Shown here in pieces: positions 63,684-64,000 of a DNA stretch of 64,000 nucleotides (its first letter is position 1; the number at the start of each line of letters is the position of its first letter). A model generated the notes under the pieces. The model was not told the DNA's origin, did no database searches, and was given only the letters and a program-made list of their open reading frames with translations. The translations under genes and the position numbers were made by a program. Origin of the DNA: a bacterium (lineage in GTDB: Bacteria; Patescibacteriota; Minisyncoccia; Moranbacterales; GWC2-37-73); assembly GCA_003251635.1 (NCBI GenBank), contig QKEW01000001.1:15588-79587 (forward strand). The letters are read 5' to 3'.

Positions 63684-64000
63684 ATGATTTGTCCTTTTTG
63701 TGGTCACGTTGACACCAAAGTGGTTGATTCGCGCGATACCAATGACGGAAAGGCCATTCGTCGCCGTCGGGAGTGTGAAAAATGCCAAGCGCGTTTCAGT
63801 ACCTATGAAGAAATGGAAATTATGAAACTGACGGTAGTCAAGCGCGACGGTACTCGTCAGGAATATGACAAAAGAAAGATAATCGCCGGATTTCACAAGG
63901 CTTTGGAAAAAAGGCCACTCAGTGAAGATCGAATTTTGAAAGCTGTGGGGGATATCGAATATGAGATTCAATCTCGGGAGAATAATGAAATCAAAAGTAA
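63684..64000 (+). CDS. nrdR: Transcriptional repressor NrdR, 5' portion; the gene runs off the window end
   Basis: MICPFCGHVDTKVVDSRD...RRRECEKCQARFSTYEE zinc ribbon, then an ATP-cone beginning. Confidence 0.85.
   Translation, partial: MICPFCGHVDTKVVDSRDTNDGKAIRRRRECEKCQARFSTYEEMEIMKLTVVKRDGTRQEYDKRKIIAGFHKALEKRPLSEDRILKAVGDIEYEIQSRENNEIKS

Noticed and set aside
63618-63971. 117-aa minus-strand ORF overlapping nrdR
   Set aside because: Antisense to the clearly recognisable NrdR zinc-ribbon coding sequence.
1-64000. Possibility of an alternative genetic code (UGA=Gly/Trp), as in some CPR lineages
   Set aside because: Standard-code translation yields full-length intact orthologues. TGA occurs as a terminal stop (for example nrdR upstream genes, small ORF overlaps) without truncating conserved proteins.

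Overview
This 64-kb window is dense and mostly co-directional, low in GC, with short intergenic spacers and strong Shine-Dalgarno sites on most genes. I read it under the standard genetic code because TAA/TGA stops give long intact proteins. The content resembles a streamlined small-genome bacterium (CPR/Patescibacteria-like; this is inference). Recognisable backbone genes are dut, gatB, parAB, a short Rel/SpoT, topA, dprA, pth, an LCP-family protein, lepB, hisS, HIT, rpsU, ybeY, dgkA, ftsA-ftsZ, two full-length uvrA paralogs flanking a short uvrC and a CapA-like gene, rsmI, a GT4 glycosyltransferase, ileS, comFC, clpC, uvrB and a partial nrdR. There are two tRNAs, Leu-CAA on the minus strand and Arg-GCG on the plus strand. 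One frameshifted IS30-family insertion sequence with about 26-bp terminal inverted repeats sits at the 5' edge of a thymidylate-kinase-like gene. Accessory content includes a cell-surface island at 36.7-39.6 kb with tandem paralogous secreted proteins sharing a near-identical 5' cassette, and a two-gene membrane/beta-propeller module bracketed by a duplicated about 43-bp terminator repeat. There are G-depleted CA-rich tracts, including a perfect 5 x 7-bp CTAACAA repeat, in front of genes that lack Shine-Dalgarno sequences. The best candidate for a novel system is an 11-gene co-directional cluster at 51.2-61.3 kb. It encodes an E1-like adenylyltransferase, a PlsC/OlsA-like O-acyltransferase, an Sfp-type PPTase, a dedicated ACP, a membrane alpha/beta-hydrolase with a Cys lipase box, a two-permease FtsX/LolCDE-like ABC transporter with an HlyD adaptor, a class-2 DHODH-like flavoenzyme and a GNAT OlsB/FeeM-like N-acyltransferase, with a convergent Acg-like double nitroreductase. 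I interpret this as a dedicated carrier-protein-dependent lipoamino-acid/aminolipid synthesis and export system. All functional calls are from motif recognition by eye; no database searches were possible.
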